Shown: positions 17,052 to 27,358 of the stretch, piece by piece | Numbering within the stretch: the first letter of the stretch is position 1 | Layout of the letters: the number at the start of each line of letters is the position of its first letter | Assembly: GCA_016931155.1 (NCBI GenBank) | Contig: JAFGFJ010000006.1 | Coordinates: 13,115 to 77,114, forward strand | Origin: Candidatus Dojkabacteria bacterium | Lineage (GTDB): Bacteria; Patescibacteriota; Dojkabacteria; B142; JAFGFJ01 | Reading direction: 5' to 3' | DNA: 64,000 nt | The notes under the pieces: generated by a model | What the model saw: only the letters and a program-made list of their open reading frames with translations | What the model was told of the DNA's origin: nothing | Database searches by the model: none | Program-made: the position numbers and the translations under genes

Positions 17052-18638
17052 ATGGAAATAAAAAACAACGCATATGATGGTATTGGTTATATAAAAGTAT
17101 CATCCAAAAAACAATTTATTGAAGGTGTAAGTATGGAAGTCCAAAAGAAGAAGGTGACAAAACTTTTGGAAGATCATGGTTGCAAAAAAATAAAAATTTT
17201 CAATGATGATGGTATTAGTGGTCGTGATGTTGAAAAAAGGGATGCTTTCCAAGAAGCCCTGAAAATAGCTACGAAAACAAAGGTTAAATACTTTGCTACA
17301 TATGATACTTCTAGATTTGCTCGTAATACAGAACAGTCCATCCACTATTTCAAAAAACTTGTTAATCAGGGGACTGAATTTATTTGCGCAACGGGGAAAT
17401 TTGATAATTCTCCCAAAGGAACGTTAATGTTTAGTTTACTTGCCTCTTTTGATGATTATAGAAGTTCAAAAGATGGCGAAAAAATTAGAGCTTCGTTTCG
17501 TGACCTGAAACTTCAAGGGAGGTTCCCACATTGTGCTCCTCCTGGTTACGATAACATAAGGATTAACAAAAAAGCTGATATTATTCCAAATCAGGAGATG
17601 GCACCTATTCTAGCTCGTGCGTTGAAAAAGTTTGCGTATGGGGAGCTAATATCACAAGCAGATTTCTCTGATTATTTGTATGAAAATAATTTCGAGCATA
17701 AATGGAAACATTCAGCTATCAAAAAGAAAGCTAATCAGATGGCAGATAGGATTCTACATAATCCTTTTTATTGTGGTTATTTTGTAGATAAAGAAACCGG
17801 AAAAAGAATAAATCATGTATACAGACCCATTATCACAGAGGATGAGTTCAATCTAATTCAGGGGAGACTAGATAAGAGAAGCCGTGGCAGTATGATTAAA
17901 CATAAGGTGAGAGAGGAGTATCCTCTAAGGGGGGCTTTGTATTGTAGTGAATGCGGAAGTAGAGTTCGAAGTTATCCAAATAAAAAAAAAGATCGCAAAC
18001 ATATTCTCTATTATTACGACTGTTCCAAAAAGGGCTGCTGCAAAGGTACTCAGACGTATTTGATTCATGAATCATTAGAGCATATTTTAGGTAAATTGAA
18101 GATCCAGCCAGAGGAGCTGGATCTTTTTTATATTGTTATGCAGAGAGTTATTAAGAACGAGGAAGAAGAACTCTATTTATATGCCAATAAGCTTGATTCT
18201 GACATACACAAACTGAATAGAGAGAAAGAAATTGTTTTTGAAAATTTTAGTAAATGTAAGACAGATATTATGAGAGAAGAACTGGAGTTTAGGTACAATA
18301 AATTGGTAAATGAAATTGAAAATAAAGAAATAGAAAAAGAAAATAATAACCCTAATATAAAAAGCGGGCGGATCTTAGATGAAGCTATGGAATATATTGA
18401 AAGTCCTTTGCAGACTTGGGGTTCGTTAGTTATAAATTACAAGATTCAATACCGAGATTGGCTATTTCCAACCGGTTTAGAATATATCTCGGATAAAGGA
18501 TTGCGGGCGCACGAGATTAATAATGTTTACAATACTTTACAAAGCTTTGAGAGCAAAAAGCCTCAAATGGTGGAGATGGCGGGAATCGAACCCGCGTCCA
18601 TTAAACACAACCTAAAACAGTATTACAAGCTTCGTTGA
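17052..18638 (+). CDS. Large serine recombinase
   Basis: YIKVSS..Q, DDGISG, SRFARN, APPGY, ILHNPFYCG, CSECG zinc ribbon; 3' end overlaps tmRNA antisense. Confidence 0.93.
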   Translation: MEIKNNAYDGIGYIKVSSKKQFIEGVSMEVQKKKVTKLLEDHGCKKIKIFNDDGISGRDVEKRDAFQEALKIATKTKVKYFATYDTSRFARNTEQSIHYFKKLVNQGTEFICATGKFDNSPKGTLMFSLLASFDDYRSSKDGEKIRASFRDLKLQGRFPHCAPPGYDNIRINKKADIIPNQEMAPILARALKKFAYGELISQADFSDYLYENNFEHKWKHSAIKKKANQMADRILHNPFYCGYFVDKETGKRINHVYRPIITEDEFNLIQGRLDKRSRGSMIKHKVREEYPLRGALYCSECGSRVRSYPNKKKDRKHILYYYDCSKKGCCKGTQTYLIHESLEHILGKLKIQPEELDLFYIVMQRVIKNEEEELYLYANKLDSDIHKLNREKEIVFENFSKCKTDIMREELEFRYNKLVNEIENKEIEKENNNPNIKSGRILDEAMEYIESPLQTWGSLVINYKIQYRDWLFPTGLEYISDKGLRAHEINNVYNTLQSFESKKPQMVEMAGIEPASIKHNLKQYYKLR

Positions 18639-19039
18639 TTTGTTTTAACGAATAAATTATAAAAATCAACAAAAACAATTTATCCGCGCTTTCAAACATT
18701 CTTCTCTTGTTACAAAGAAAGCATTTGTAATAGATGCATCCTGACTAAGTGACGCCTGTAAAACCCCATCAGGAGAGAATTTTGCAGACGGATGATAATC
18801 TCCGATAAATCGAAAGATTATGCAACGGCAAGATTAAGAGCAGGACTATTAAAGAAACCAGCAATTGCTGATTCAACCTTATCTCTCAATCTGCTGAAAA
18901 AATTTGTTTTGGCGTTTGTTGTTCGTCGTTCGTGGACCTTTGCGGCACCCGCGAACCAGATGAGTTATTTACGAAACAGCATCTGATGTTTCGGCCTGCT
19001 GCATTAAGCAGTTATTCAATGTCGAGACCATACATCCCC
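18568..19039 (-). ncRNA. ssrA: tmRNA
   Basis: 5' GGGGATG pairs with CATCTCC-ACCA (G3:U pair), T arm GCGGGTTCGATTCCCGC, tag frame 18913-18818 ending LAVA-stop. Confidence 0.93.
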
Positions 19040-19229
19040 CCTCTACTCTCTGTACTTCGATCCAGTAAACTATCCAAATATTCCATCACGGTAATAAAAA
19101 ATGACAGTGTTTCTCTAAAGTTTGAGAGCATAGGGCGAATCTCGACAAATTGTAAAAGAACAAACACATTGTATCACGATAAATCAATAGCACTGAGGTC
19201 TTTCTATATATTCTGTTCTTAGTGAGCAC

Positions 19230-19961
19230 CTACCCCCTAGCAATTACTAATCCGTAAACCTTTTTTACTCCACCTTCTTTCAGGACTTTCGCACATTCCT
19301 CAAGTGTAGCACCTGTAGTCATAACGTCATCAATAATTAAGACTATCTTTGAAGAAATTCTACACTGAGACGCATGAAGTGAAGAAGAATTTATGGAAAA
19401 AACACCTTTTACATTTTTCTTTCTTTCTTTCTTCTTGAGCCCAACTTGGGTTCTACTAAAACTATTCCTGATCAGTAATTCAGCAAGCATTAATTTTGTT
19501 CTTTTAGAAAATACCTTTGCCAATTCTTTTGATTGATTATAGCCTCTCCATCTTTCCCTTTTTGAATGAAGAGGTACAAATGTTATTACAAGTTCGTTTT
19601 TGTTTACATAAAAGGAAAACAGATTTCTTGTTGCAGTTACTAAAAATTCAACAAAGAGATTTTTTAAATCCAAAACAAACTCATACTTAAATTCTGCAAT
19701 AAGTCTTTCAACAAATCCGTCATACTTCAGAGAAATTATTACTCCATCAAGATAAGTTTTTTTTCTGCACTTATTATGAACAAGTTCGATTCCCGGAGTA
19801 CGTTTCTTGCAAACGTGGCACTCCTGAAAACGTCTGCAAATATTTTTTCTGCTAAGGCAATATTCACATAGATACGTTCCTACCTCACCACAACCATAGC
19901 AAATCCTTGGGAACAATTTGTTCAATATCCAGGAAATTATCACCAATATCGTATGTAACAA
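19230..19961 (-). CDS. comF: ComF family phosphoribosyltransferase-like competence protein
   Basis: CxxC zinc ribbons, RGYNQS, IIDDVMTTGATL. Confidence 0.92.
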   Translation of the reverse strand: MLHTILVIISWILNKLFPRICYGCGEVGTYLCEYCLSRKNICRRFQECHVCKKRTPGIELVHNKCRKKTYLDGVIISLKYDGFVERLIAEFKYEFVLDLKNLFVEFLVTATRNLFSFYVNKNELVITFVPLHSKRERWRGYNQSKELAKVFSKRTKLMLAELLIRNSFSRTQVGLKKKERKKNVKGVFSINSSSLHASQCRISSKIVLIIDDVMTTGATLEECAKVLKEGGVKKVYGLVIARG

Positions 19962-20291
19962 CTACAAGTCAAAGACCTTGCAGACTTGCTTTTACCGGTC
20001 TTTGTATATATTATTGTGTACAACACGTTTATGTTAATTGCTCAATATGACCATTCGTATAGTACTCGGTAAAACAGCAAAGAGTGTTACCTTTGTTACA
20101 TACCACTTTCAAGAAAAATAACAGAAAATTATTAAAAAAATATTAAAATTGTCTAAATTCGCATTACCAAATTTGTCTTTATAATTTATAATTCTCGAGT
20201 TAATTTTGTGATAACAAATAATGATTTTCCAGAGCAGAGATTAGAAAAAATCCCACAGAGATAAAAGAGTAACTATATTTAAATAAGAAAT

Positions 20292-21116
20292 ATGGATAAA
20301 AGATTAAATAATACTGATGACTATAACGACACCAATGACCCCAAGTCGGCGTTTGTTTCTGTCACAGGAAAATACCCTAATATTAATTGTTTACCTGATC
20401 TGTTAGTTTTGGATAGAGAAACTCTATTTTCTCTTTGCAGCGATGTCTTTACTAATGGATTGGATTATCTATATAAAAGACATAGTGACTCAAAAATTAG
20501 AAATGCTTCATTCAATACATTAGAAACACTCGATCCTAATAGTACCCTCATAACCGAAAGAAAGGCTAAAACAGTATTTGTAGAGAATAAATTATTAGCC
20601 ATCCTAATAATCAATGGTATTATTAGAGAGAATAATATTTACGATGATCTTGAAAAGATTAAAGAAGATACTAAGTTAGCCAAATATGTTTTTAAACTTG
20701 GGGAATATTACCTGGAAAATGGCGAGCCACAGTTCGCTTTCAGATTCAATTATAATCCTGAGGCAACCAATTCCATCGAACAGGATCTATCCCAAGGCAT
20801 TATACTTCTTCCTCCGCACTTTTTTGCAAGATGCATTCAAAAACCAATAGAAGGACTGGCTACAATTGTTTATCTCTCATCTCAACTTAGAGATTTTGCA
20901 AATAACCAAATTTATCAAAAACCCGAGATTGCTACAAATAGGGCTCTATGCTTGGAAAAAAGATTCCTCGAGAGTTTATCCACACAACAGCAAAATGAAC
21001 TAGAGGGATACTATAAATACCTTCTTATGAGCGAAAATTACTCCTCTGCTACTTTTGACGATTTGGATTATGCAGGAAAGTTCGATCAGCGAAAGGAGCC
21101 AAGAAGAAATAATTAG
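20292..21116 (+). CDS. Hypothetical protein
   Basis: 274-aa ATG ORF. Confidence 0.65.
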   Translation: MDKRLNNTDDYNDTNDPKSAFVSVTGKYPNINCLPDLLVLDRETLFSLCSDVFTNGLDYLYKRHSDSKIRNASFNTLETLDPNSTLITERKAKTVFVENKLLAILIINGIIRENNIYDDLEKIKEDTKLAKYVFKLGEYYLENGEPQFAFRFNYNPEATNSIEQDLSQGIILLPPHFFARCIQKPIEGLATIVYLSSQLRDFANNQIYQKPEIATNRALCLEKRFLESLSTQQQNELEGYYKYLLMSENYSSATFDDLDYAGKFDQRKEPRRNN

Positions 21117-21189
21117 TTAAATAGTCAACTTTTATAAGATTCCCAATCCATTTCCTCTTTGTTTCTACTCTATGGTAAAATTCATAAAC

Positions 21190-21447
21190 TGAATACAGGC
21201 AATGGTCCGCGTCACGGACTGCCGAGAGAAGAAATCCTGCTGTTGTTTTCGAAATTTGTTTTCCAAAACAGAGCAGGAAAGTAGAACTCTCCGGGTAAGC
21301 CCGAGATAGCTGAAAGAGTTCCGAATTAGTTTTGCTCGCCGAGCGAAGCGAGGCTTAGCAGAAGTTAATCGGAAATTAGAGTGGCACCGCCCTCAATCGA
21401 GGACCTCTATCCGATTTCACTATGTGAAGTTAGATAGAGGTCTTTTT
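21190..21447 (+). promoter_or_regulatory. T-box riboswitch-like leader of valS
   Basis: AATTAGAGTGGCACCGC at 21374-21390, terminator 21402-21447, GUA (Val) at 21281-21283 in an internal loop of a stem-I-like hairpin. Confidence 0.8.
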
Positions 21448-21583
21448 GATCTTAATTCAAAAAATCAGAGAGGAATTAAAAGAATTTGCCGATTTAAAAA
21501 TAAATTTACCAAAAATTATGCTCTCGAGTCTTGACGATAATACAGCGTTACTTGGAGCTCTTGCTATATTAAAATAAACTACT

Positions 21584-24016
21584 ATGCTCTACAAAGGCCC
21601 TTACGACCCAAATAAAACCGAACCTGAGATTTTGAAGTTCTGGCAGGAGAACAATTTCTACAAACCGGAGTACAACCCCGAGACAGACAAAATCATGTCT
21701 TTTGAAGAAATGAAAAAGGACAGTCGGCCACCCTTCTCTATTATCAATCCCCCGCCAAATGCTTATGACAGACCTCATATTGGAAATATTTCCGGCTATG
21801 CCTATCAAGACTTGTTCGGACGCTACAACAGAATGAAGGGAAAAAAGGTACTGCTTCAGCCGGGAAAAGATCACGCCGGTCAGGAAGGCGAAGCTGTATT
21901 TATCAAAAATGAATTGAAACCAAAAGGCAAAGAAAAGAAAGATTTCACACGTGAAGAATTTTATAAAGCGACATACGAATACAACGAGAAGAATATGGCA
22001 CTCGCCTTGAAGGATGAGATCAGAGTGGGACTTTCTGCTGACTTCGACCGCAATCTTTTTACACTTGATCCAAAAATTGTAGACACAGTTCTTGATACTT
22101 TTATGCAAATGTATCGGGATGGAATGGTTTACAAAGGAGTGCGCATTATAAACTGGTCGCCAGGGATGCAGAGCGCCATCTCAGACAACGATACAGCAAG
22201 AATTGAAAGGGAGGCCGAACTAATCTATATAAAATATCCCCTGGAAGAGGGAAAAGATTTCATCGAGGTCGCCACTACCCGACCGGAGACAATGCTTGGA
22301 GATACTGCTGTTGTAGTAGATCCGAATGACAAGAGATATTCAAAACTTATCGGCAAGTATGCAGTCCTTCCACTCATAAATCGTAGGATCCCCATCATCG
22401 CAAACGGAAAAGTGAACCAGGAATTCGGAACAGGAGCAGTGAAACTTACGCCTGCCCACTCGAATGATGATTACTACATGACCGAAGAATGGAACCAGCT
22501 TACAGAACAGCTCGAAAGAAAACCAGATGCGAAAGGAAGAGTTATCACTGAAGCACTTGGCTATGTTCCAAAGTCAAAAATTGAATACTGGAAGAAAATC
22601 AGAAAAGAAGTCGGAAAGATTCCATACATTAATGTAATCTGGAAAGACCTAAAAATGTGCGGCCCAATTGGAAAATACAAAGGAATGAGTATTGATGAAG
22701 CAAAAGCAGAAGTTAGAAAGGACCTAGAAAAGCTCGGACTCATCTCAAAAATTGAAAAAATTAAACAGAATCTCACAATCTGCGACAGGACAAAAACTGT
22801 AGTTGAACCGATGATGTCCAGCCAGTGGTTTATTGATGTAAATGCAAAAGATTTCAGACAGAAAGCAATTGAGGCTATAGAAAAAGGTTTAAAAAATCCT
22901 GAAGCAGAAGATGCGGTAAGGATTCATCCATCAAGCATGGCAGAAAAAGCTCTCTTCTGGCTCAATAATCTCCGTGATTGGCCGATTTCCCGCTCGATCT
23001 GGTGGGGATATCGGATCCCGGTCTGGTATAAGGGAGAGCCAAAAGAGGAAATAAACAAGGAAGGTCAAATTGTTCAAACAATCGGAGGAGTCGAGATTAA
23101 AAATTTAATTGAGGATGGAAAAACTGAGGCAGAAGAAAAAGAGCTTATTAAAGTCCAGGTTGGGTCTCCAGGCGGTGGCTGGGTTCAAGATACCGACTGC
23201 CTCGACACTTGGTTTTCTTCAGGCCAGTGGCCTTACGCTACACTCACAGCAGGGAATCTTATGGACACCTTCTACCCTACCGATGTCATGGAAACAGCTT
23301 ACGATATCCTTGAGGTCTGGGTATGCAGAATGATCATGTTCAGCTTGTACCGTACTGGAAAAATCCCATTCAAAAATGTCTATCTCCACGGTCTGATAAA
23401 AGCAGAAAATGGTCAGAAAATGAGTAAATCCAAAGGGAACGTTGTTTCGATGGACGACATCGTAAATCAATATGGAGCTGACACTTTGAGACTTTTTTAT
23501 CTTGTCGGAAACAAGGCAGGAGCCGCATACAGAGTCGATTGGGAGAAGATAAAAGGCAACAGGAATTTTTTAAATAAAATATGGAATGCATCGAAATTCT
23601 CTCTTATGAATCTTGAGGATTTTGATCCAAACGAAAAAATTGAAATCACAAACGAGGAGGACAAGAAATTCATCGAAGAAATAAAGAATCTCACAAAAGA
23701 AACTACAAACCACCTCGAGAAATTCCGCCCCGGTCTTGCTGCAGCAGATATCTACGATCATTTCTGGCATACTTTTGCGGACATATACATTGAGACAGCA
23801 AAGCCGAGACTTTACACGAAAGACAAGGAAGGAAAACCAATTAATCAGGAAGGAGAATCCCTAAAACGAAGGAAATCCGCTCAATATACACTCTGGTCAA
23901 GCCTCAAAACCTATCTTCAGCTCCTTCATCCGTTTATTCCGTTTATCACAGAAGCAATCTGGCAAGAATTGCCAAAACAAAAAGGAGAAAAAGAGACGAT
24001 TATGTACTCAAAGTGA
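21584..24016 (+). CDS. valS: Valine--tRNA ligase (no C-terminal coiled coil)
   Basis: PPPN, HIGN, ATTRPETMLGD, GTGAVKLTPAH, DTWFSS, KMSKS. Confidence 0.95.
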   Translation: MLYKGPYDPNKTEPEILKFWQENNFYKPEYNPETDKIMSFEEMKKDSRPPFSIINPPPNAYDRPHIGNISGYAYQDLFGRYNRMKGKKVLLQPGKDHAGQEGEAVFIKNELKPKGKEKKDFTREEFYKATYEYNEKNMALALKDEIRVGLSADFDRNLFTLDPKIVDTVLDTFMQMYRDGMVYKGVRIINWSPGMQSAISDNDTARIEREAELIYIKYPLEEGKDFIEVATTRPETMLGDTAVVVDPNDKRYSKLIGKYAVLPLINRRIPIIANGKVNQEFGTGAVKLTPAHSNDDYYMTEEWNQLTEQLERKPDAKGRVITEALGYVPKSKIEYWKKIRKEVGKIPYINVIWKDLKMCGPIGKYKGMSIDEAKAEVRKDLEKLGLISKIEKIKQNLTICDRTKTVVEPMMSSQWFIDVNAKDFRQKAIEAIEKGLKNPEAEDAVRIHPSSMAEKALFWLNNLRDWPISRSIWWGYRIPVWYKGEPKEEINKEGQIVQTIGGVEIKNLIEDGKTEAEEKELIKVQVGSPGGGWVQDTDCLDTWFSSGQWPYATLTAGNLMDTFYPTDVMETAYDILEVWVCRMIMFSLYRTGKIPFKNVYLHGLIKAENGQKMSKSKGNVVSMDDIVNQYGADTLRLFYLVGNKAGAAYRVDWEKIKGNRNFLNKIWNASKFSLMNLEDFDPNEKIEITNEEDKKFIEEIKNLTKETTNHLEKFRPGLAAADIYDHFWHTFADIYIETAKPRLYTKDKEGKPINQEGESLKRRKSAQYTLWSSLKTYLQLLHPFIPFITEAIWQELPKQKGEKETIMYSK

Positions 24017-24080
24017 CCAATGTATTAATTAGAAATCTATAGCTCAATAAATCCCTGTCTTTTTTACCAAAATTCAGAAC

Positions 24081-25127
24081 TTAACACATAAAGCTTCTAA
24101 TTAGTTGAACTATACTCTCGTGTTCCTTTGTAAACTCTCCTGTTAATGCCATTTTCGCAAATCTTTCCACTCCCCATAATCTCACTAACAATGGCTTATT
24201 ATAATTTTTAAACTTTGAGTTTAACTCTTTCACCATCCATTTAAATTCATTGTAATTATTCCCAGGAGAAGTAATTTCCCCCCATGGTTCAAATTGAGCT
24301 TCAGTTATTTCAATGTCAAACTCCCAGCCTTTGCTTTTACTCACCAGATCCCGTATACCCCTCGGTCCTATTAACTTTTCTAAAAGCGTACTTATCCATA
24401 AAATAAAAAAGTTCTTTTGAGGAACTTTGTAGTAATAGTTATAGCCAATAACAAAGCGGTTCCTGAAAGTATTGCCCAGATTATTATAGAACCGAAAGAT
24501 TTGAGCTAAATTGCGATAAGCGTTTGAACTCAATAAAATTTTTACATCAGGGAAGTATGAATTAATAACATCAATTATTTTAGCCAAATAATCCTCCCCT
24601 ATTTGCCATTTGTACTGTCCAAAAGGATTGAACACCTCATTTTCCGGCTGAATAATTTTAATTTTCTCTAAATCTTTATTTGAGTATTCACTCTTTAATA
24701 ATTTAAGCAAATTAACTAGGTAGCTTACTGCATATTTTGAAATTTCAGATTCAAGACCAATGGCAGAAAATTTCCCGGAATCATTTCTTAATTCTCTAAT
24801 AATATAATCCGGCACATGTTCCTCAGGCCAACGAAATACTTTGATTGGTCCGACATTCAGGCAAATATCCATTTTATTTTTAAAGCAGTAATCTAAATAC
24901 TTTTTATAAACTTTTAAGGAATAATATGTCTTTTGCATTTTTGTTGAGACAATATTATTCCACCTTAGCCCAAGCCGGATATCCCTTATACCAAGCTCTT
25001 CGTGAATATACCTCAAAATATCTATCGGATGAGTTTTCTGCTCGCCCGTGCAAGATAAATCATTGCATTGTTCCGGAGAGAATGAACAACCAAATTTTAT
25101 TTTGGGTGAAAATAAATCTGTTGCCAT
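24081..25127 (-). CDS. Glycoside hydrolase-like TIM-barrel protein
   Basis: IRLGLRWN, QPENE acid/base-like, ITEAQFEPW nucleophile-like motifs. Confidence 0.65.
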   Translation of the reverse strand: MATDLFSPKIKFGCSFSPEQCNDLSCTGEQKTHPIDILRYIHEELGIRDIRLGLRWNNIVSTKMQKTYYSLKVYKKYLDYCFKNKMDICLNVGPIKVFRWPEEHVPDYIIRELRNDSGKFSAIGLESEISKYAVSYLVNLLKLLKSEYSNKDLEKIKIIQPENEVFNPFGQYKWQIGEDYLAKIIDVINSYFPDVKILLSSNAYRNLAQIFRFYNNLGNTFRNRFVIGYNYYYKVPQKNFFILWISTLLEKLIGPRGIRDLVSKSKGWEFDIEITEAQFEPWGEITSPGNNYNEFKWMVKELNSKFKNYNKPLLVRLWGVERFAKMALTGEFTKEHESIVQLIRSFMC

Positions 25128-25369
25128 TACTGTAATTTTGATTCTTTCGAATAATAATTAGCTTGCACTCTACATATGTGTAACAATACCACAAGTATAG
25201 GTTAGCACAGATACCTTAATACTTAGCAAAGAACACTTTATGATACAAGTTTAATTTCTGAATTAATGCAAAAAGGCAATTTGAATAAATGGTTTCAGAT
25301 TGACAACTGGGATCCAGTAAAAAAATAACAAGGCTACGTTATATATGATACAAATTTGATTTCTGAATT

Positions 25370-25807
25370 ATGGAAGAGACCAGTGAAAAACAAAGATCGT
25401 TTTGTTTAATAAAAAGGGACTTTGAAAGAATAAGCCTGTCTACAATAATTGCCATTAGCGATCTCTTTGATTATTCCAAAATCGAAGAGCAGACTGAATT
25501 AGATATTAGACCTATTAGAAGAATTCATGGAGAATATTCATCTTTCTTGAAAGGGATTTCTTTGCCGGAATTTCTAAAAACACTTACCTGTTATTACATT
25601 GCCTCCAATTGCTATAGCAAAGATTTAAGTCCATTCATGTTGAAAAGCAGTACTCAAATTGCAAAAACCTTTCTATCTGATATATTTTCTAATTTTAGAG
25701 TGTGGATAGATGAGAATACCGTTACTTTAGTCATTTTAAAGGACAGCCTCATGTACCAGCTACTCAGAGATAATGCAGAAATAGATCAAGACATACCAAC
25801 AAACTAA
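25370..25807 (+). CDS. Hypothetical protein
   Basis: 145-aa ATG ORF. Confidence 0.5.
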   Translation: MEETSEKQRSFCLIKRDFERISLSTIIAISDLFDYSKIEEQTELDIRPIRRIHGEYSSFLKGISLPEFLKTLTCYYIASNCYSKDLSPFMLKSSTQIAKTFLSDIFSNFRVWIDENTVTLVILKDSLMYQLLRDNAEIDQDIPTN

Positions 25808-26713
25808 GGCAATTTAATATCATAAACCTTATCAAACTCGAGAAAATCAATTTCTATAAATCCGATAACATATGGGTAGGTCAGTTTTATCAATTGGTCG
25901 TTCTTATCATATTTTGCCTCCACTATTCTAGCCGGCATATACGGATCATATTTATTAACAATTCTGTCTACTTTGCTCCCGTCAGGATTTGTAATATGCT
26001 CTACAACGGTATCTGACCAATTCCAGCCCCCTGTATCGGCCTCACTACCTGACATAACTTCTGTAAAAGATTTTCCAATGCTGTTGATATTTAATGCCTT
26101 TTCAGACTTACAAGTAACTGAACCAACAGGACTACCTATGTCCGAATTATCACGTTCTTCGTAGTCTGCTCCATACTCAATATCGCACTCATCACCAACA
26201 TAATATAAAGTAAAGCAATCACCCCTACAACTTGGCCCTACAATCATCATGTAATATTCAGAATAAACAGCTATCATAGCCTCTCTGTTCATTTCCTGTT
26301 TTACGTCTACTTTGTAGGAATATTCATCACCGTCAGTCAGATTCACCGACATTCTTACACTATTTCTCTCTCTGATATCATCAAGTGAACTAATGGCTTT
26401 GTCATATACCAGCCTTACATCTTCCGAGAGTTCCTCTCTTAGTTTAGCTCTAGCTTCCACTTCTTCTTTGCTCAATGAAGTTTCCAGCTTAGTGTTTATC
26501 TCATGCTGATTGTCTTCTGTATTTTCAGCTAAATTGTTTTCTTCCTGCTCTATATTTACGTCACGAGTCTTCAAGTACTGAAAAGTAATTATCGACACCG
26601 CTACCAAAAAAATCAATGATATCGTTGCAATACTTAATATAATTATTTTCTTTGTTTAAAGATAGATTAACATTTGGTTTTTCTGCTTTTTCAAAGGAGG
26701 AAGTATCATTCAT
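25804..26713 (-). pseudogene. Membrane-anchored exported protein, frameshifted near its 5' end (or assembly indel)
   Basis: ATG frame MNDTSSFEK... and TM frame KKIIILSIATISLIFLVAV... differ by one base near 26655. Confidence 0.55.
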
Positions 26714-26864
26714 TAGTATATTATTAAAAAGTTGTTCAAGATTTAGAGTACCATGTGGGGTACAAAAATACAAGAAAAAATGGATAAACTTATAATGCTA
26801 AAAAGTGCTTGACAAAACAGGTATAAATAGGTTTAAATTCAGTATTAAATTTAGTACCACACCA

Positions 26865-27098
26865 ATGAAAACTATATCACTACAAGACCTAAAAAGGAGA
26901 GGTTCCAAAGCTATCCCAAACAATGAGGTCTCTTATCTGATCGTAAATTCAAAGCCTAAATCCGCAATAGTACCATACGAGGAATATGAAGCATTGATAG
27001 AGGCTATTGAGGAGCTTGAAGACATCAAAGATTATGAGGCACGGAAGAACGAAAAATCTACCGACTGGAAAAAAGCCATTGAAGAAATAGAAGAATGA
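26865..27098 (+). CDS. Phd/YefM antitoxin
   Basis: MKTISLQDLK...KPKSAIVPYEEYE; overlaps relE; upstream palindrome GTATTAAATTTAGTAC. Confidence 0.85.
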   Translation: MKTISLQDLKRRGSKAIPNNEVSYLIVNSKPKSAIVPYEEYEALIEAIEELEDIKDYEARKNEKSTDWKKAIEEIEE

Positions 27099-27358
27099 AA
27101 TACCCCATAAAATTCACACGATCTGCTATCAAGGAAGCAAAAAAGCTACCCATCTCGATCTGGAAAAGAATAAAACTGGAGATATACGAACTCTCAGATA
27201 GCCCAATCCCCTCGTCATCAAAGAGGCTCAATGGCTATAAAAACGTATACCGTATACGAATCGGTTCGTATAGAGTAATCTACGAGCTAAAACACGAGAT
27301 TAAGATAGTATTAATTGTGAAAATAGGACACAGAAGAGACATCTACAGAAATTTATGA
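27095..27358 (+). CDS. relE: RelE/ParE toxin
   Basis: YRIRIGSYRVIY, IGHRRDIYR. Confidence 0.92.
   Translation: MKYPIKFTRSAIKEAKKLPISIWKRIKLEIYELSDSPIPSSSKRLNGYKNVYRIRIGSYRVIYELKHEIKIVLIVKIGHRRDIYRNL

Larger units (their letters stand above)
10291..18579. mobile_element. Serine-recombinase integrative element inserted at the tmRNA 3' end
   Basis: 15-bp direct repeat AAATGGTGGAGATGG at 10291-10305 and 18565-18579; recombinase at right end; R-M and TA cargo. Confidence 0.9.

Noticed and set aside
18792-19222. ORFs of 64 and 96 aa
   Set aside because: Antisense to tmRNA, no protein features
26654-26660. T-TTA-AAC slippery heptamer as programmed -1 frameshift
   Set aside because: The -1 frame hits TAA within three codons; joining the ORFs needs +1
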